Below, in pieces: positions 12,350-26,300 of a stretch of DNA of 64,000 nucleotides. This stretch comes from Eledone cirrhosa (taxonomy: Eukaryota). Within the stretch, counting starts at the first letter, position 1. Every line of letters starts with the position of its first letter. Under the pieces are notes generated by a model that was given only the letters and a program-made list of their open reading frames with translations, was not told where the DNA came from and did not search any database. Location of the stretch: assembly GCA_964016885.1 (NCBI GenBank), contig OZ024744.1:13888001-13952000 (forward strand). Reading direction: 5' to 3'. The position numbers were made by a program, and so were the translations under genes.

Positions 12350-15300
12350 ATGGACGTGTGGTTAGAATGTCTCAGTAGATCAGAGAGTCACTCCAGTTAA
12401 AGCCACTCTCTAAATTCAGAGATCACAACTCCCACACTCTGGACGTGTGGTTAGAATGTCTCAGTACATCAGAGAATCACTCCAGTTAAAACTACTCTCT
12501 AAATTGAGAGATCACAACTCCCATACTATGGACATGTGATTAGAATGTCTCAGTAGATCAGAAAGTCACTCCAGTTAAAGCTACTCTCTAAATTGAGAGA
12601 TCACAACTCGCATACTATGGACATGTGGTTAGAATGTCTCAGTAGATCAGAGAGTCACTCCAGTTAAAGCCACTCTCTAAATTGAGAGATCACAACTCCC
12701 ATACCATGGACATGTGGTTAGAATGTCTCAGTAGATCAGAGTGTCACTCCAGTTAAAGCCACTCTCTAAATTGAGAGATCACAACTCCCATACTATGGAC
12801 ATGTGGTTAGAATGTCTCAGCAGATCAGAGAGTCACTCCAGTTAAAGCCACTCTCTAAATTGAGAGATCACAACTCCAATACTATGGACATGTGGTTAGA
12901 ATGTCTCAGTAGATCAGAGAGTCATTCCAGTTAAAGCCACTCTCTAAATTGAGAGATCACAACTCCCGTACTATGGACGTGTGGTTAGAATGTCTCAGTA
13001 GATCAGAGAATCACTCCAGTTAAAGCTACACTCTAAATTGAGAGATCACATCTCCCATAATATGGACATGTGGTTAGAATGTCTCAGTAGATCAGAGAGT
13101 CACTCCTGTTAAAGCTACTCTCTAAATTGAGAGATCACAACTCCTATACTATGGACATGGGGTTAGAATGTCTCAGTAGATCAGAGTGTCACTCTAGTTA
13201 AAGCCACTCTCTAAATTGAGAGATCACAACTCCCAAACTATGGACATGTCGTTAGAATGTCTCAGTAGATCAGAGAGTCACTCCAGTTAAAGCTAATCTC
13301 TAAATTGAGAGATCACAACTCCAATGCTATGGACATGGGGTTTGAATGTCTCAGTAGATCAGAGAGTCGCTCAAGTTAAAGCCACTCTCTAAATTGAGAG
13401 ATCACAACTCCAATACTATGGACATGTGGTTAGAATGTCTCAGTAGATCAGAGTGTCACTCCAGTTAAAGCTACTCTCTATATTGAGAGATCACAACTCC
13501 CATACTATGGACATGTGGTTAGAATGTCTCAGTAGATTAGAGTGTCATTCCAGTTAAAGCTACTCTCTAAATTGAGAGATCACAACTCCCATACTATTGA
13601 CATGTGGGTAGAATGTCTCAGTAGATCAGAGAGTCACTCCAGTTAAAGCCACTAATTCTCTAAATTGAGAGATCACAACTCCCATACTATGGACATGTGG
13701 TTAGTATGTCTCAGTAGATCAGAGAGTCACTCCAGTTAAAGCCACTCTCTAAATTGACAGATCACAACTTCCATACTATGGACATGTGGTTAGAATGTCT
13801 CAGTAGATCAGAGAGTCACTCCAGTTAAAGCTACTCTCTAAATTGAGAGATCACAACTCCAATACTATGGACATGGGGTTTGATTGTCTCAGTAGATCAG
13901 AGTGTCACTCCAGTTAAAGCTACTCTCTAAATTGAGAGGTCACAACTCCAATACTATGGACATGGGGTTTGAAAGTCTCAGTAGATCAGAGTGTCACTCC
14001 AGTTAAAGCTACTCTCTAAATTGAGAGATTACAACTCCAATACTATGGACATGGGGTTAGAATGTCTCAGTAGATTAGAGAGTCACTCCAGTTAAAGCCA
14101 CTCTCTAAATTGAGAGATCACAACTCCAATACTATGGACATGTGGTTAGAACGTCTCAGTAGATCAGAGTGTCACTCCAGTTAAAGCTAATCTCTAAATT
14201 GAGAGATCACAACTCCAATACTATGGACATGGGGTTTGAATGTCTCAGTAGATCAGAGTGTCACTCCAGTTAAAGCTACTCTCTAAATTGAGAAATCACA
14301 ACTCCAATACTATGGACATGGGGTTTGAATGTCTCAGTAGATCAGAGTGTCACTCCAGTTAAAGCTACTCTCTAAATTGAGAGATTACAACTCCAATACT
14401 ATGGACATGGGGTTTGAATGTCTCAGTAGATCAGAGAGTCACTCCAGTTAAAGCTACTCTCTAAATTGAGAGATTACAACTCCAATACTATGGACATGGG
14501 GTTAGAATGTCTCAGTAGATTAGAGAGTCACTCCAGTTAAAGCCACTCTCTAAATTGAGAGATCACAACTCCAATACTATGGACATGTGGTTAGAATGTC
14601 TCAGTAGATTAGAGAGTCACTCCAGTTAAAGCCACTCTCTAAATTGAGTGATCACAACTCCAATACTATGGACATGTGGTTAGAACGTCTCAGTAGATCA
14701 GAGTGTCACTCCAGTTAAAGCTAATCTCTAAATTGAGAGATCACAACTCCAATACTATGGACATGGGGTTTGAATGTCTCAGTAGATCAGAGTGTCACTC
14801 CAGTTAAAGCTACTCTCTAAATTGAGAGATTACAACTCCAATACTATGGACATGGTGTTTGAATGTCTCAGTAGATCAGAGAGTCACTCCAGTTAAAGCT
14901 ACTCTCTAAATTGAGAGATCACAACTCCAATACTATGGACATGGGGTTTGAAAGTCTCAGTAGATCAGAGTGTCACTCCAGTTAAAGCTACTCTCTAAAT
15001 TGAGAGATTACAACTCCAATACTATGGACATGGGGTTTGAAAGTCTCAGTAGATCAGAGTGTCACTCCAGTTAAAGCTACTCTCTAAATTGAGAGATTAC
15101 AACTCCAATACTATGGTCATGTGGTTAGAATGTCTCAGTAGATTAGAGAGTCACTCCAGTTAAAGCCACTCTCTAAATTGAGAGATCACAACTCCAATAC
15201 TATGGACATGTGATTAGAATGTCTCAGTAGATTAGAGAGTCACTCCAGTTAAAGCCACTCTCTAAATTGAGAGATCACAACTTCAATACTATGGATATGT

Positions 15301-18300
15301 GGTTAGAAAGTCTCAGTAGATCAGAGTGTCACTCCAGTTGAAGCTAATCTCTAAATTGAGAGATCACAACTCCAATACTATGGACATGGGGTTTGAATGT
15401 CTCAGTAGATCAGAGTGTCACTCCAGTTAAAGCTACTCTCTAAAATGAGAGATCACAACTCCAATACTATGGACATGGGGTTTGAATGTCTCAGTAGATC
15501 AGAGAGTCACTTCAGTTAAAGCTACTCTCTAAATTGAGAGATCACAACTCCAATACTATGGACATGGGGTTTGAAAGTCTCAGTAGATCAGAGTGTCACT
15601 CCAGTTAAAGCTACTCTCTAAATTGAGAGATTACAACTCCAATACTATGGACATGGGGTTTGAAAGTCTCAGTAGATCAGAGTGTCACTCCAGTTAAAGC
15701 TACTCTCTAAATTGAGAGATTACAACTCCAATACTATGGACATGTGGTTAGAATGTCTCAGTAGATTAGAGAGTCACTCCAGTTAAAGCCACTCTCTAAA
15801 TTGAGAGATCACAACTCCAATACTATGGACATGTGATTAGAATGTCTCAGTAGATTAGAGAGTCACTCCAGTTAAAGCCACTCTCTAAATTGAGAGATCA
15901 CAACTCCAATACTATGGACATGTGGTTAGAAAGTCTCAGTAGATCAGAGTGTCACTCCAGTTAAAGCTACTCTCTAAATTGAGAGATTACAACTCCAATA
16001 CTATGGACATGTGGTTAGAACGTCTCAGTAGATCAGAGTGACACTCCAGTTAAAGCCACTCTCTAAATTGAGAGATCATAACTTCCATACTATGGTCATG
16101 TGGTTAGAATGTCTCAGTAGATCAGAGTGTCACTCCAGTTAAAGCTAATCTCTAAATTGAGAGATCACAACTCCAATACTATGGACATGGGGTTTGAATG
16201 TCTCAGTAGATCAGAGTGTCACTCCAGTTAAAGCTACTCTCTAAATTGAGAGATCACAACTCCAATACTATGGACATGGGGTTTGAATGTCTCAGTAGAT
16301 CAGAGTGTCACTCCAGTTAAAGCTACTCTCTAAATTGAGAGATTACAACTCCAATACTATGGACATGTGGTTAGAATGTCTCAGTAGATCAGAGTGTCAC
16401 TCCAGTTAAAGCTACTCTCTAAATTGAGAGATTACAACTCCAATACTATGGACGTGGGGTTTGAATTACTCAGTAGCTCAGAGAGTCACTCCAGTTAAAG
16501 CTACTCTCTAAATTGAGAGATCACAACTCCCAAACTATGGACATGTGGTTAGAATGTCTCAGTAGATCAGAGAGTCATTCCAGTTAAAGCCACTCTCTAA
16601 ATTGAGAGATCACAACTCCCATACTATGGACGTGTGGTTAGAATGTCTCAGTAGATCAGAGAGTCACTCCAGTTAAAGCCACTCTCTAAATTCAGAGATC
16701 ACAACTCCCACACTCTGGACGTGTGGTTAGAATGTCTCAGTACATCAGAGAATCACTCCAGTTAAAACTACTCTCTAAATTGAGAGATCACAACTCCCAT
16801 ACTATGGACATGTGATTAGAATGTCTCAGTAGATCAGAAAGTCACTCCAGTTAAAGCTACTCTCTAAATTGAGAGATCACAACTCCCATACTATGGACAT
16901 GTGGTTAGAATGTCTCAGTAGATCAGAGAGTCAATCCAGTTAAAGCCACTCTCTAAATTGAGAGATCACAACTCCCATACCATGGACATGTGGTTAGAAT
17001 GTCTCAGTAGATCAGAGTGTCACTCCAGTTAAAGCCACTCTCTAAATTGAGAGATCACAACTCCCATACTATGGACATGTGGTTAGAATGTCTCAGCAGA
17101 TCAGAGAGTCACTCCAGTTAAAGCCACTCTCTAAATTGAGAGATCACAACTCCAATACTATGGACATGTGGTTAGAATGTCTCAGTAGATCAGAGAGTCA
17201 TTCCAGTTAAAGCCACTCTCTAAATTGAGAGATCACAACTCCCGTACTATGGACGTGTGGTTAGAATGTCTCAGTAGATCAGAGAATCACTCCAGTTAAA
17301 GCTACACTCTAAATTGAGAGATCACATCTCCCATAATATGGACATGTGGTTAGAATGTCTCAGTAGATCAGAGAGTCACTCCTGTTAAAGCTACTCTCTA
17401 AATTGAGAGATCACAACTCCTATACTATGGACATGGGGTTAGAATGTCTCAGTAGATCAGAGTGTCACTCTAGTTAAAGCCACTCTCTAAATTGAGAGAT
17501 CACAACTCCCAAACTATGGACATGTCGTTAGAATGTCTCAGTAGATCAGAGAGTCACTCCAGTTAAAGCTAATCTCTAAATTGAGAGATCACAACTCCAA
17601 TGCTATGGACATGGGGTTTGAATGTCTCAGTAGATCAGAGAGTCGCTCAAGTTAAAGCCACTCTCTAAATTGAGAGATCACAACTCCAATACTATGGACA
17701 TGTGGTTAGAATGTCTCAGTAGATCAGAGTGTCACTCCAGTTAAAGCTACTCTCTATATTGAGAGATCACAACTCCCATACTATGGACATGTGGTTAGAA
17801 TGTCTCAGTAGATTAGAGTGTCATTCCAGTTAAAGCTACTCTCTAAATTGAGAGATCACAACTCCCATACTATTGACATGTGGGTAGAATGTCTCAGTAG
17901 ATCAGAGAGTCACTCCAGTTAAAGCCACTAATTCTCTAAATTGAGAGATCACAACTCCCATACTATGGACATGTGGTTAGTATGTCTCAGTAGATCAGAG
18001 AGTCACTCCAGTTAAAGCCACTCTCTAAATTGACAGATCACAACTTCCATACTATGGACATGTGGTTAGAATGTCTCAGTAGATCAGAGAGTCACTCCAG
18101 TTAAAGCTACTCTCTAAATTGAGAGATCACAACTCCAATACTATGGACATGGGGTTTGATTGTCTCAGTAGATCAGAGTGTCACTCCAGTTAAAGCTACT
18201 CTCTAAATTGAGAGGTCACAACTCCAATACTATGGACATGGGGTTTGAAAGTCTCAGTAGATCAGAGTGTCACTCCAGTTAAAGCTACTCTCTAAATTGA

Positions 18301-20300
18301 GAGATTACAACTCCAATACTATGGACATGGGGTTAGAATGTCTCAGTAGATTAGAGAGTCACTCCAGTTAAAGCCACTCTCTAAATTGAGAGATCACAAC
18401 TCCAATACTATGGACATGTGGTTAGAACGTCTCAGTAGATCAGAGTGTCACTCCAGTTAAAGCTAATCTCTAAATTGAGAGATCACAACTCCAATACTAT
18501 GGACATGGGGTTTGAATGTCTCAGTAGATCAGAGTGTCACTCCAGTTAAAGCTACTCTCGAAATTGAGAAATCACAACTCCAATACTATGGACATGGGGT
18601 TTGAATGTCTCAGTAGATCAGAGTGTCACTCCAGTTAAAGCTACTCTCTAAATTGAGAGATTACAACTCCAATACTATGGACATGGGGTTTGAATGTCTC
18701 AGTAGATCAGAGAGTCACTCCAGTTAAAGCTACTCTCTAAATTGAGAGATTACAACTCCAATACTATGGACATGGGGTTAGAATGTCTCAGTAGATTAGA
18801 GAGTCACTCCAGTTAAAGCCACTCTCTAAATTGAGAGATCACAACTCCAATACTATGGACATGTGGTTAGAATGTCTCAGTAGATTAGAGAGTCACTCCA
18901 GTTAAAGCCACTCTCTAAATTGAGTGATCACAACTCCAATACTATGGACATGTGGTTAGAACGTCTCAGTAGATCAGAGTGTCACTCCAGTTAAAGCTAA
19001 TCTCTAAATTGAGAGATCACAACTCCAATACTATGGACATGGGGTTTGAATGTCTCAGTAGATCAGAGTGTCACTCCAGTTAAAGCTACTCTCTAAATTG
19101 AGAGATTACAACTCCAATACTATGGACATGGTGTTTGAATGTCTCAGTAGATCAGAGAGTCACTCCAGTTAAAGCTACTCTCTAAATTGAGAGATCACAA
19201 CTCCAATACTATGGACATGGGGTTTGAAAGTCTCAGTAGATCAGAGTGTCACTCCAGTTAAAGCTACTCTCTAAATTGAGAGATTACAACTCCAATACTA
19301 TGGATATGGGGTTTGAAAGTCTCAGTAGATCAGAGTGTCACTCCAGTTAAAGCTACTCTCTAAATTGAGAGATTACAACTCCAATACTATGGTCATGTGG
19401 TTAGAATGTCTCAGTAGATTAGAGAGTCACTCCAGTTAAAGCCACTCTCTAAATTGAGAGATCACAACTCCAATACTATGGACATGTGATTAGAATGTCT
19501 CAGTAGATTAGAGAGTCACTCCAGTTAAAGCCACTCTCTAAATTGAGAGATCACAACTTCAATACTATGGATATGTGGTTAGAAAGTCTCAGTAGATCAG
19601 AGTGTCACTCCAGTTGAAGCTAATCTCTAAATTGAGAGATCACAACTCCAATACTATGGACATGGGGTTTGAATGTCTCAGTAGATCAGAGTGTCACTCC
19701 AGTTAAAGCTACTCTCTAAATTGAGAGATCACAACTCCAATACTATGGACATGGGGTTTGAACGTCTCAGTAGATCAGAGAGTCACTGCAGTTAAAGCTA
19801 CTCTCTAAATTGAGAGATCACAACTCCAATACTATGGACATGGGGTTTGAAAGTCTCAGTAGATCAGAGTGTCACTCCAGTTAAAGCTACTCTCTAAATT
19901 GAGAGATTACAACTCCAATACTATGGACATGGGGTTTGAAAGTCTCAGTAGATCAGAGTGTCACTCCAGTTAAAGCTACTCTCTAAATTGAGAGATTACA
20001 ACTCCAATACTATGGACATGTGGTTAGAATGTCTCAGTAGATTAGAGAGTCACTCCAGTTAAAGCCACTCTCTAAATTGAGAGATCACAACTCCAATACT
20101 ATGGACATGTGATTAGAATGTCTCAGTAGATTAGAGAGTCACTCCAGTTAAAGCCACTCTCTAAATTGAGAGATCACAACTCCAATACTATGGACATGTG
20201 GTTAGAAAGTCTCAGTAGATCAGAGTGTCACTCCAGTTAAAGCTACTCTCTAAATTGAGAGATTACAACTCCAATACTATGGACATGTGGTTAGAATGTC
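12350..20300. repeat. Near-identical 48-monomer (4276-bp) higher-order tandem duplication (~12350-16020 vs ~16630-20300)
   Basis: TAAATTCAGA at 12411/16687, the +4 insertion at 13653/17929 and AAATTGAGTGATC at 14641/18917 are all exactly 4276 bp apart (48x89+4). CCCACACTCTGG, ATACCATGG and CAGCAGATC are also shared. Confidence 0.92.
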
Positions 20301-23300
20301 TCAGTAGATTAGAGAGTCACTCCAGTTAAAGCCACTCTCTAAATTGAGAGATCACAACTCCAATACTATGGACATGTGGTTAGAATGTCTCAGTAGATCA
20401 GAGTGACACTCCAGTTAAAGCCACTCTCTAAATTGAGAGATCATAACTTCCATACTATGGTCATGTGGTTAGAATGTCTCAGTAGATCAGAGTGTCACTC
20501 CAGTTAAAGCTAATCTCTAAATTGAGAGATCACAACTCCAATACTATGGACATGGGGTTTGAATGTCTCAGTAGATCAGAGTGTCACTCCAGTTAAAGCT
20601 ACTCTCTAAATTGAGAGATCACAACTCCAATACTATGGACATGGGGTTTGAATGTCTCAGTAGATCAGAGAGTCACTTCAGTTAAAGCTACGCTCTAAAT
20701 TGAGAGATCACAACTCCAATACTATGGACATGGGGTTTGAAAGTCTCAGTAGATCAGAGTGTCACCCCAGTTAAAGCTACTCTCTAAATTGAGAGATTAC
20801 AACTCCAATACTATGGACATGTGGTTAGAATGTCTCAGTAGATCAGAGTGTCACTCCAGTTAAAGCTACTCTCTAAATTGAGAGATTACAACTCCAATAC
20901 TATGGACGTGGGGTTTGAATTACTCAGTAGCTCAGAGAGTCACTCCAGTTAAAGCTACTCTCTAAATTGAGAGATCACAACTCCCAAACTATGGACATGT
21001 GGTTAGAATGTCTCAGTAGATCAGAGAGTCATTCCAGTTAAAGCCACTCTCTAAATTGAGAGATCACAACTCCCATACTATGGACGTGTGGTTAGAATGT
21101 CTCAGTAGATCAGAGTGTCACTCTAGTTAAAGCCACTCTCTAAATTGAGAGATCACAACTCCCAAACTATGGACATGTCGTTAGAATGTCTCAGTAGATC
21201 AGAGAGTCACTCCAGTTAAAGCTAATCTCTAAATTGAGAGATCACAACTGCAATGCTGGGGACATGGGGTTTGAATGTCTCAGTAGATCAGAGAGTCGCT
21301 CAAGTTAAAGCCACTCTCTAAATTGAGAGATCACAACTCCAATACTATGGACATGTGGTTAGAATGTCTCAGTAGATCAGAGTGTCACTCCAGTTAAAGC
21401 TACTCTCTATATTGAGAGATCACAACTCCCATACTATGGACATGTGGTTAGAATGTCTCAGTAGATTAGAGTGTCATTCCAGTTAAAGCTACTCTCTAAA
21501 TTGAGAGATCACAACTCCCATACTATTGACATGTGGGTAGAATGTCTCAGTAGATCAGAGAGTCACTCCAGTTAATGCAACTAATTCTCTAAATTGAGAT
21601 ATCACAACTCCCATACTATGGACATGTGGTTAGTATGTCTCAGTAGATCAGAGAGTCACTCCAGTTAAAGCCACTCTCTAAATTGACAGATCACAACTTC
21701 CATACTATGGACATGTGGTTAGAATGTCTCAGTAGATCAGAGAGTCACTCCAGTTAAAGCTACTCTCTAAATTGAGAGATCACAACTCCAATACTATGGA
21801 CATGGGGTTTGATTGTCTCAGTAGATCAGAGTGTCACTCCAGTTAAAGCTACTCTCTAAATTGAGAGGTCACAACTCCAATACTATGGACATGGAGTTTG
21901 AAAGTCTCAGTAGATCAGAGTGCCACTCCAGTTAAAGCTACTCTCTAAATTGAGAGATTACAACTCCAATACAATGGACATGGGGTTAGAATGTCTCAGT
22001 AGATTAGAGAGTCACTCCAGTTAAAGCCACTCTCTAAATTGAGAGATCACAACTCCAATACTATGGACATGTGGTTAGAACGTCTCAGTAGATCAGAGTG
22101 TCACTCCAGTTAAAGCTAATCTCTAAATTGAGAGATCACAACTCCAATACTATGGACATGGGGTTTGAATGTCTCAGTAGATCAGAGTGTCACTCCAGTT
22201 AAAGCTACTCTCTAAATTGAGAAATTACAACTCCAATACTATGGACATGGGGTTTGAATGTCTCAGTAGATCAGAGAGTCACTTCAGTTAAAGCTACTCT
22301 CTAAATTGAGAGATCACAACTCCAATACTATGGACATGGGGTTTGAAAGTCTCAGTAGATCAGAGTGTCAGTCCAGTTACAGCTACTCTCTAAATTGAGA
22401 GATCACAACTCCAATACTATGGACATGTGGTTAGAACGTCTCAGTAGATCAGAGTGTCACTCCAGTTAAAGCTACTCTCTAAATTGAGAGATTACAACTC
22501 CAATACTATGGACATGGGGTTTGAATGTCTCAGTAGATCAGAGAGTCACTCCAGTTAAAGCTACTCTCTAAATTGAGAGATCACAACTCCAATACTATGG
22601 ACATGGGGTTTGAAAGTCTCAGTAGATCAGAGTGTCACTCCAGTTAAAGCTACTCTCTAAATTGAGAGATTACAACTCCAATACTATGGACATGGGGTTT
22701 GAAAGTCTCAGTAGATCAGAGTGTCACTCCAGTTAAAGCTACTCTCTAAATTGAGAGATTACAACTCCAATACTATGGTCATGTGGTTAGAATGTCTCAG
22801 TAGATTAGAGAGTCACTCCAGTTAAAGCCACTCTCTAAATTGAGAGATCACAACTCCAATACTATGGACATGTGATTAGAATGTCTCAGTAGATTAGAGA
22901 GTCACTCCAGTTAAAGCCACTCTCTAAATTGAGAGATCACAACTTCAATACTATGGATGTGGTTAGAAAGTCTCAGTAGATCAGAGTGTCACTCCAGTTG
23001 AAGCTAATCTCTAAATTGAGAGATCACAACTCCAATACTATGGACATGGGGTTTGAATGTCTCAGTAGATCAGAGTGTCACTCCAGTTAAAGCTACTCTC
23101 TAAATTGAGAGATCACAACTCCAATACTATGGACATGGGGTTTGAATGTCTCAGTAGATCAGAGAGTCACTTCAGTTAAAGCTACTCTCTAAATTGAGAG
23201 ATCACAACTCCAATACTATGGACATGGGGTTTGAAAGTCTCAGTAGATCAGAGTGTCACTCCAGTTAAAGCTACTCTCTAAATTGAGAGATTACAACTCC

Positions 23301-26300
23301 AATACTATGGACATGGGGTTTGAAAGTCTCAGTAGATCAGAGTGTCACTCCAGTTAAAGCTACTCTCTAAATTGAGAGATTACAACTCCAATACTATGGA
23401 CATGTGGTTAGAATGTCTCAGTAGATTAGAGAGTCACTCCAGTTAAAGCCACTCTCTAAATTGAGAGATCACAACTCCAATACTATGGACATGTGATTAG
23501 AATGTCTCAGTAGATTAGAGAGTCACTCCAGTTAAAGCCACTCTCTAAATTCAGAGATCACAACTCCAATAATATGGACGTGTGGTTAGAATGTCTCAGT
23601 ACATCAGAGAATCACTCCAGTTAAAGCCACTCTCTAAATTGAGAGATCACAACTCCAATACTATGGACATGTGGTTAGAAAGTCTCAGTAGATCAGAGTG
23701 TCACTCCAGTTAAAGCTACTCTCTAAATTGAGAGATTACAACTCCAATACTATGGACATGTGGTTAGAATCTCTCAGTAGATTAGAGAGTCACTCCAGTT
23801 AAAGCCACTCTCTAAATTGAGAGATCACAACTCCAATACTATGGACATGTGGTTAGAATGTCTCAGTAGATCAGAGTGACACTCCAGTTAAAGCCACTCT
23901 CTAAATTGAGAGATCATAACTTCCATACTATGGTCATGTGGTTAGAATGTCTCAGTAGATCAGAGTGTCACTCCAGTTAAAGCTAATCTCTAAATTGAGA
24001 GATCACAACTCCAATACTATGGACATGGGGTTTGAATGTCTCAGTAGATCAGAGTGTCACTCCAGTTAAAGCTACTCTCTAAATTGAGAGATCACAACTC
24101 CAATACTATGGACATGGGGTTTGAATGTCTCAGTAGATCAGAGAGTCACTTCAGTTAAAGCTACGCTCTAAATTGAGAGATCACAACTCCAATACTATGG
24201 ACATGGGGTTTGAAAGTCTCAGTAGATCAGAGTGTCACTCCAGTTAAAGCTACTCTCTAAATTGAGAGATTACAACTCCAATACTATGGACATGTGGTTA
24301 GAATGTCTCAGTAGATCAGAGTGTCACTCCAGTTAAAGCTACTCTCTAAATTGAGAGATTACAACTCCAATACTATGGACGTGGGGTTTGAATTACTCAG
24401 TAGCTCAGAGAGTCACTCCAGTTAAAGCTACTCTCTAAATTGAGAGATCACAACTCCCAAACTATGGACATGTGGTTAGAATGTCTCAGTAGATCAGAGA
24501 GTCATTCCAGTTAAAGCCACTCTCTAAATTGAGAGATCACAACTCCCATACTATGGACGTGTGGTTAGAATGTCTCAGTAGATCAGAGAGTCACTCCAGT
24601 TAAAGCCACTCTCTAAATTCAGAGATCACAACTCCCATACTCTGGACGTGTGGTTAGAATGTCTCAGTACATCAGAGAATCACTCCAGTTAAAACTACTC
24701 TCTAAATTGAGAGATCACAACTCCCATACTATGGACATGTGATTAGAATGTCTCAGTAGATCAGAAAGTCACTCCAGTTAAAGCTACTCTCTAAATTGAG
24801 AGATCACAACTCCCATACTATGGACATGTGGTTAGAATGTCTCAGTAGATCAGAGAGTCACTCCAGTTAAAGCCACTCTCTAAATTGAGAGATCACAACT
24901 CCCATACTATGGACATGTGGTTAGAATGTCTCAGTAGATCAGAGTGTCACTCCAGTTAAAGCCACTCTCTAAATTGAGAGATCACAACTCCCATACTATG
25001 GACATGTGGTTAGAATGTCTCAGCAGATCAGAGAGTCACTCCAGTTAAAGCCACTCTCTAAATTGAGAGATCACAACTCCAATACTATGGACATGTGGTT
25101 AGAATGTCTCAGTAGATCAGAGAGTCATTCCAGTTAAAGCCAATCTCTAAATTGAGAGATCACAACTCCCGTACTATGGACGTGTGGTTAGAATGTCTCA
25201 GTAGATCAGAGAATCACTCCAGTTAAAGCTACACTCTAAATTGAGAGATCACATCTCCCATAATATGGACATGTGGTTAGAATGTCTCAGTAGATCAGAG
25301 AGTCACTCTTGTTAAAGCTACTCTCTAAATTGAGAGATCACAACTCCTATACTATGGACATGGGGTTAGAACGTCTCAGTAGATCAGAGCGTCACTCTAG
25401 TTAAAGCCACTCTCTAAATTGAGAGATCACAACTCCCAAACTATGGACATGTCGTTAGAATGTCTCAGTAGATCAGAGAGTCACTCCAGTTAAAGCTAAT
25501 CTCTAAATTGAGAGATCACAACTCCAATGCTATGGACATGGGGTTTGAATGTCTCAGTAGATCAGAGAGTCGCTCAAGTTAAAGCCACTCTCTAAATTGA
25601 GAGATCACAACTCCAATACTATGGACATGTGGTTAGAATGTCTCAGTAGATCAGAGTGTCACTCCAGTTAAAGCTACTCTCTATATTGAGAGATCACAAC
25701 TCCCATACTATGGACATGTGTTTAGAATGTCTCAGTAGATTAGAGTGTCATTCCAGTTAAAGCTACTCTCTAAATTGAGAGATCACAACTCCCATACTAT
25801 TGACATGTGGGTAGAATGTCTCAGTAGATCAGAGAGTCACTCCAGTTAAAGCCACTAATTCTCTAAATTGAGAGATCACAACTCCCATACTATGGACATG
25901 TGGTTAGTATGTCTCAGTAGATCAGAGAGTCATTCCAGTTAAAGCCACTCTCTAAATTGACAGATCACAACTTCCATACTATGGACATGTGGTTAGAATG
26001 TCTCAGTAGATCAGAGAGTCACTCCAGTTAAAGCTACTCTCTAAATTGAGAGATCACAACTCCAATACTATGGACATGGGGTTTGATTGTCTCAGTAGAT
26101 CAGGGTGTCACTCCAGTTAAAGCTACTCTCTAAATTGAAAGATTACAACTCCAATACTATGGACATGGGGTTAGAATGTCTCAGTAGATTAGAGAGTCAC
26201 TCCAGTTAAAGCCACTCTCTAAATTGAGAGATCACAACTCCAATACTATGGACATGTGGTTAGAATGTCTCAGTAGATCAGAGTGTCACTCCAGTTAAAG

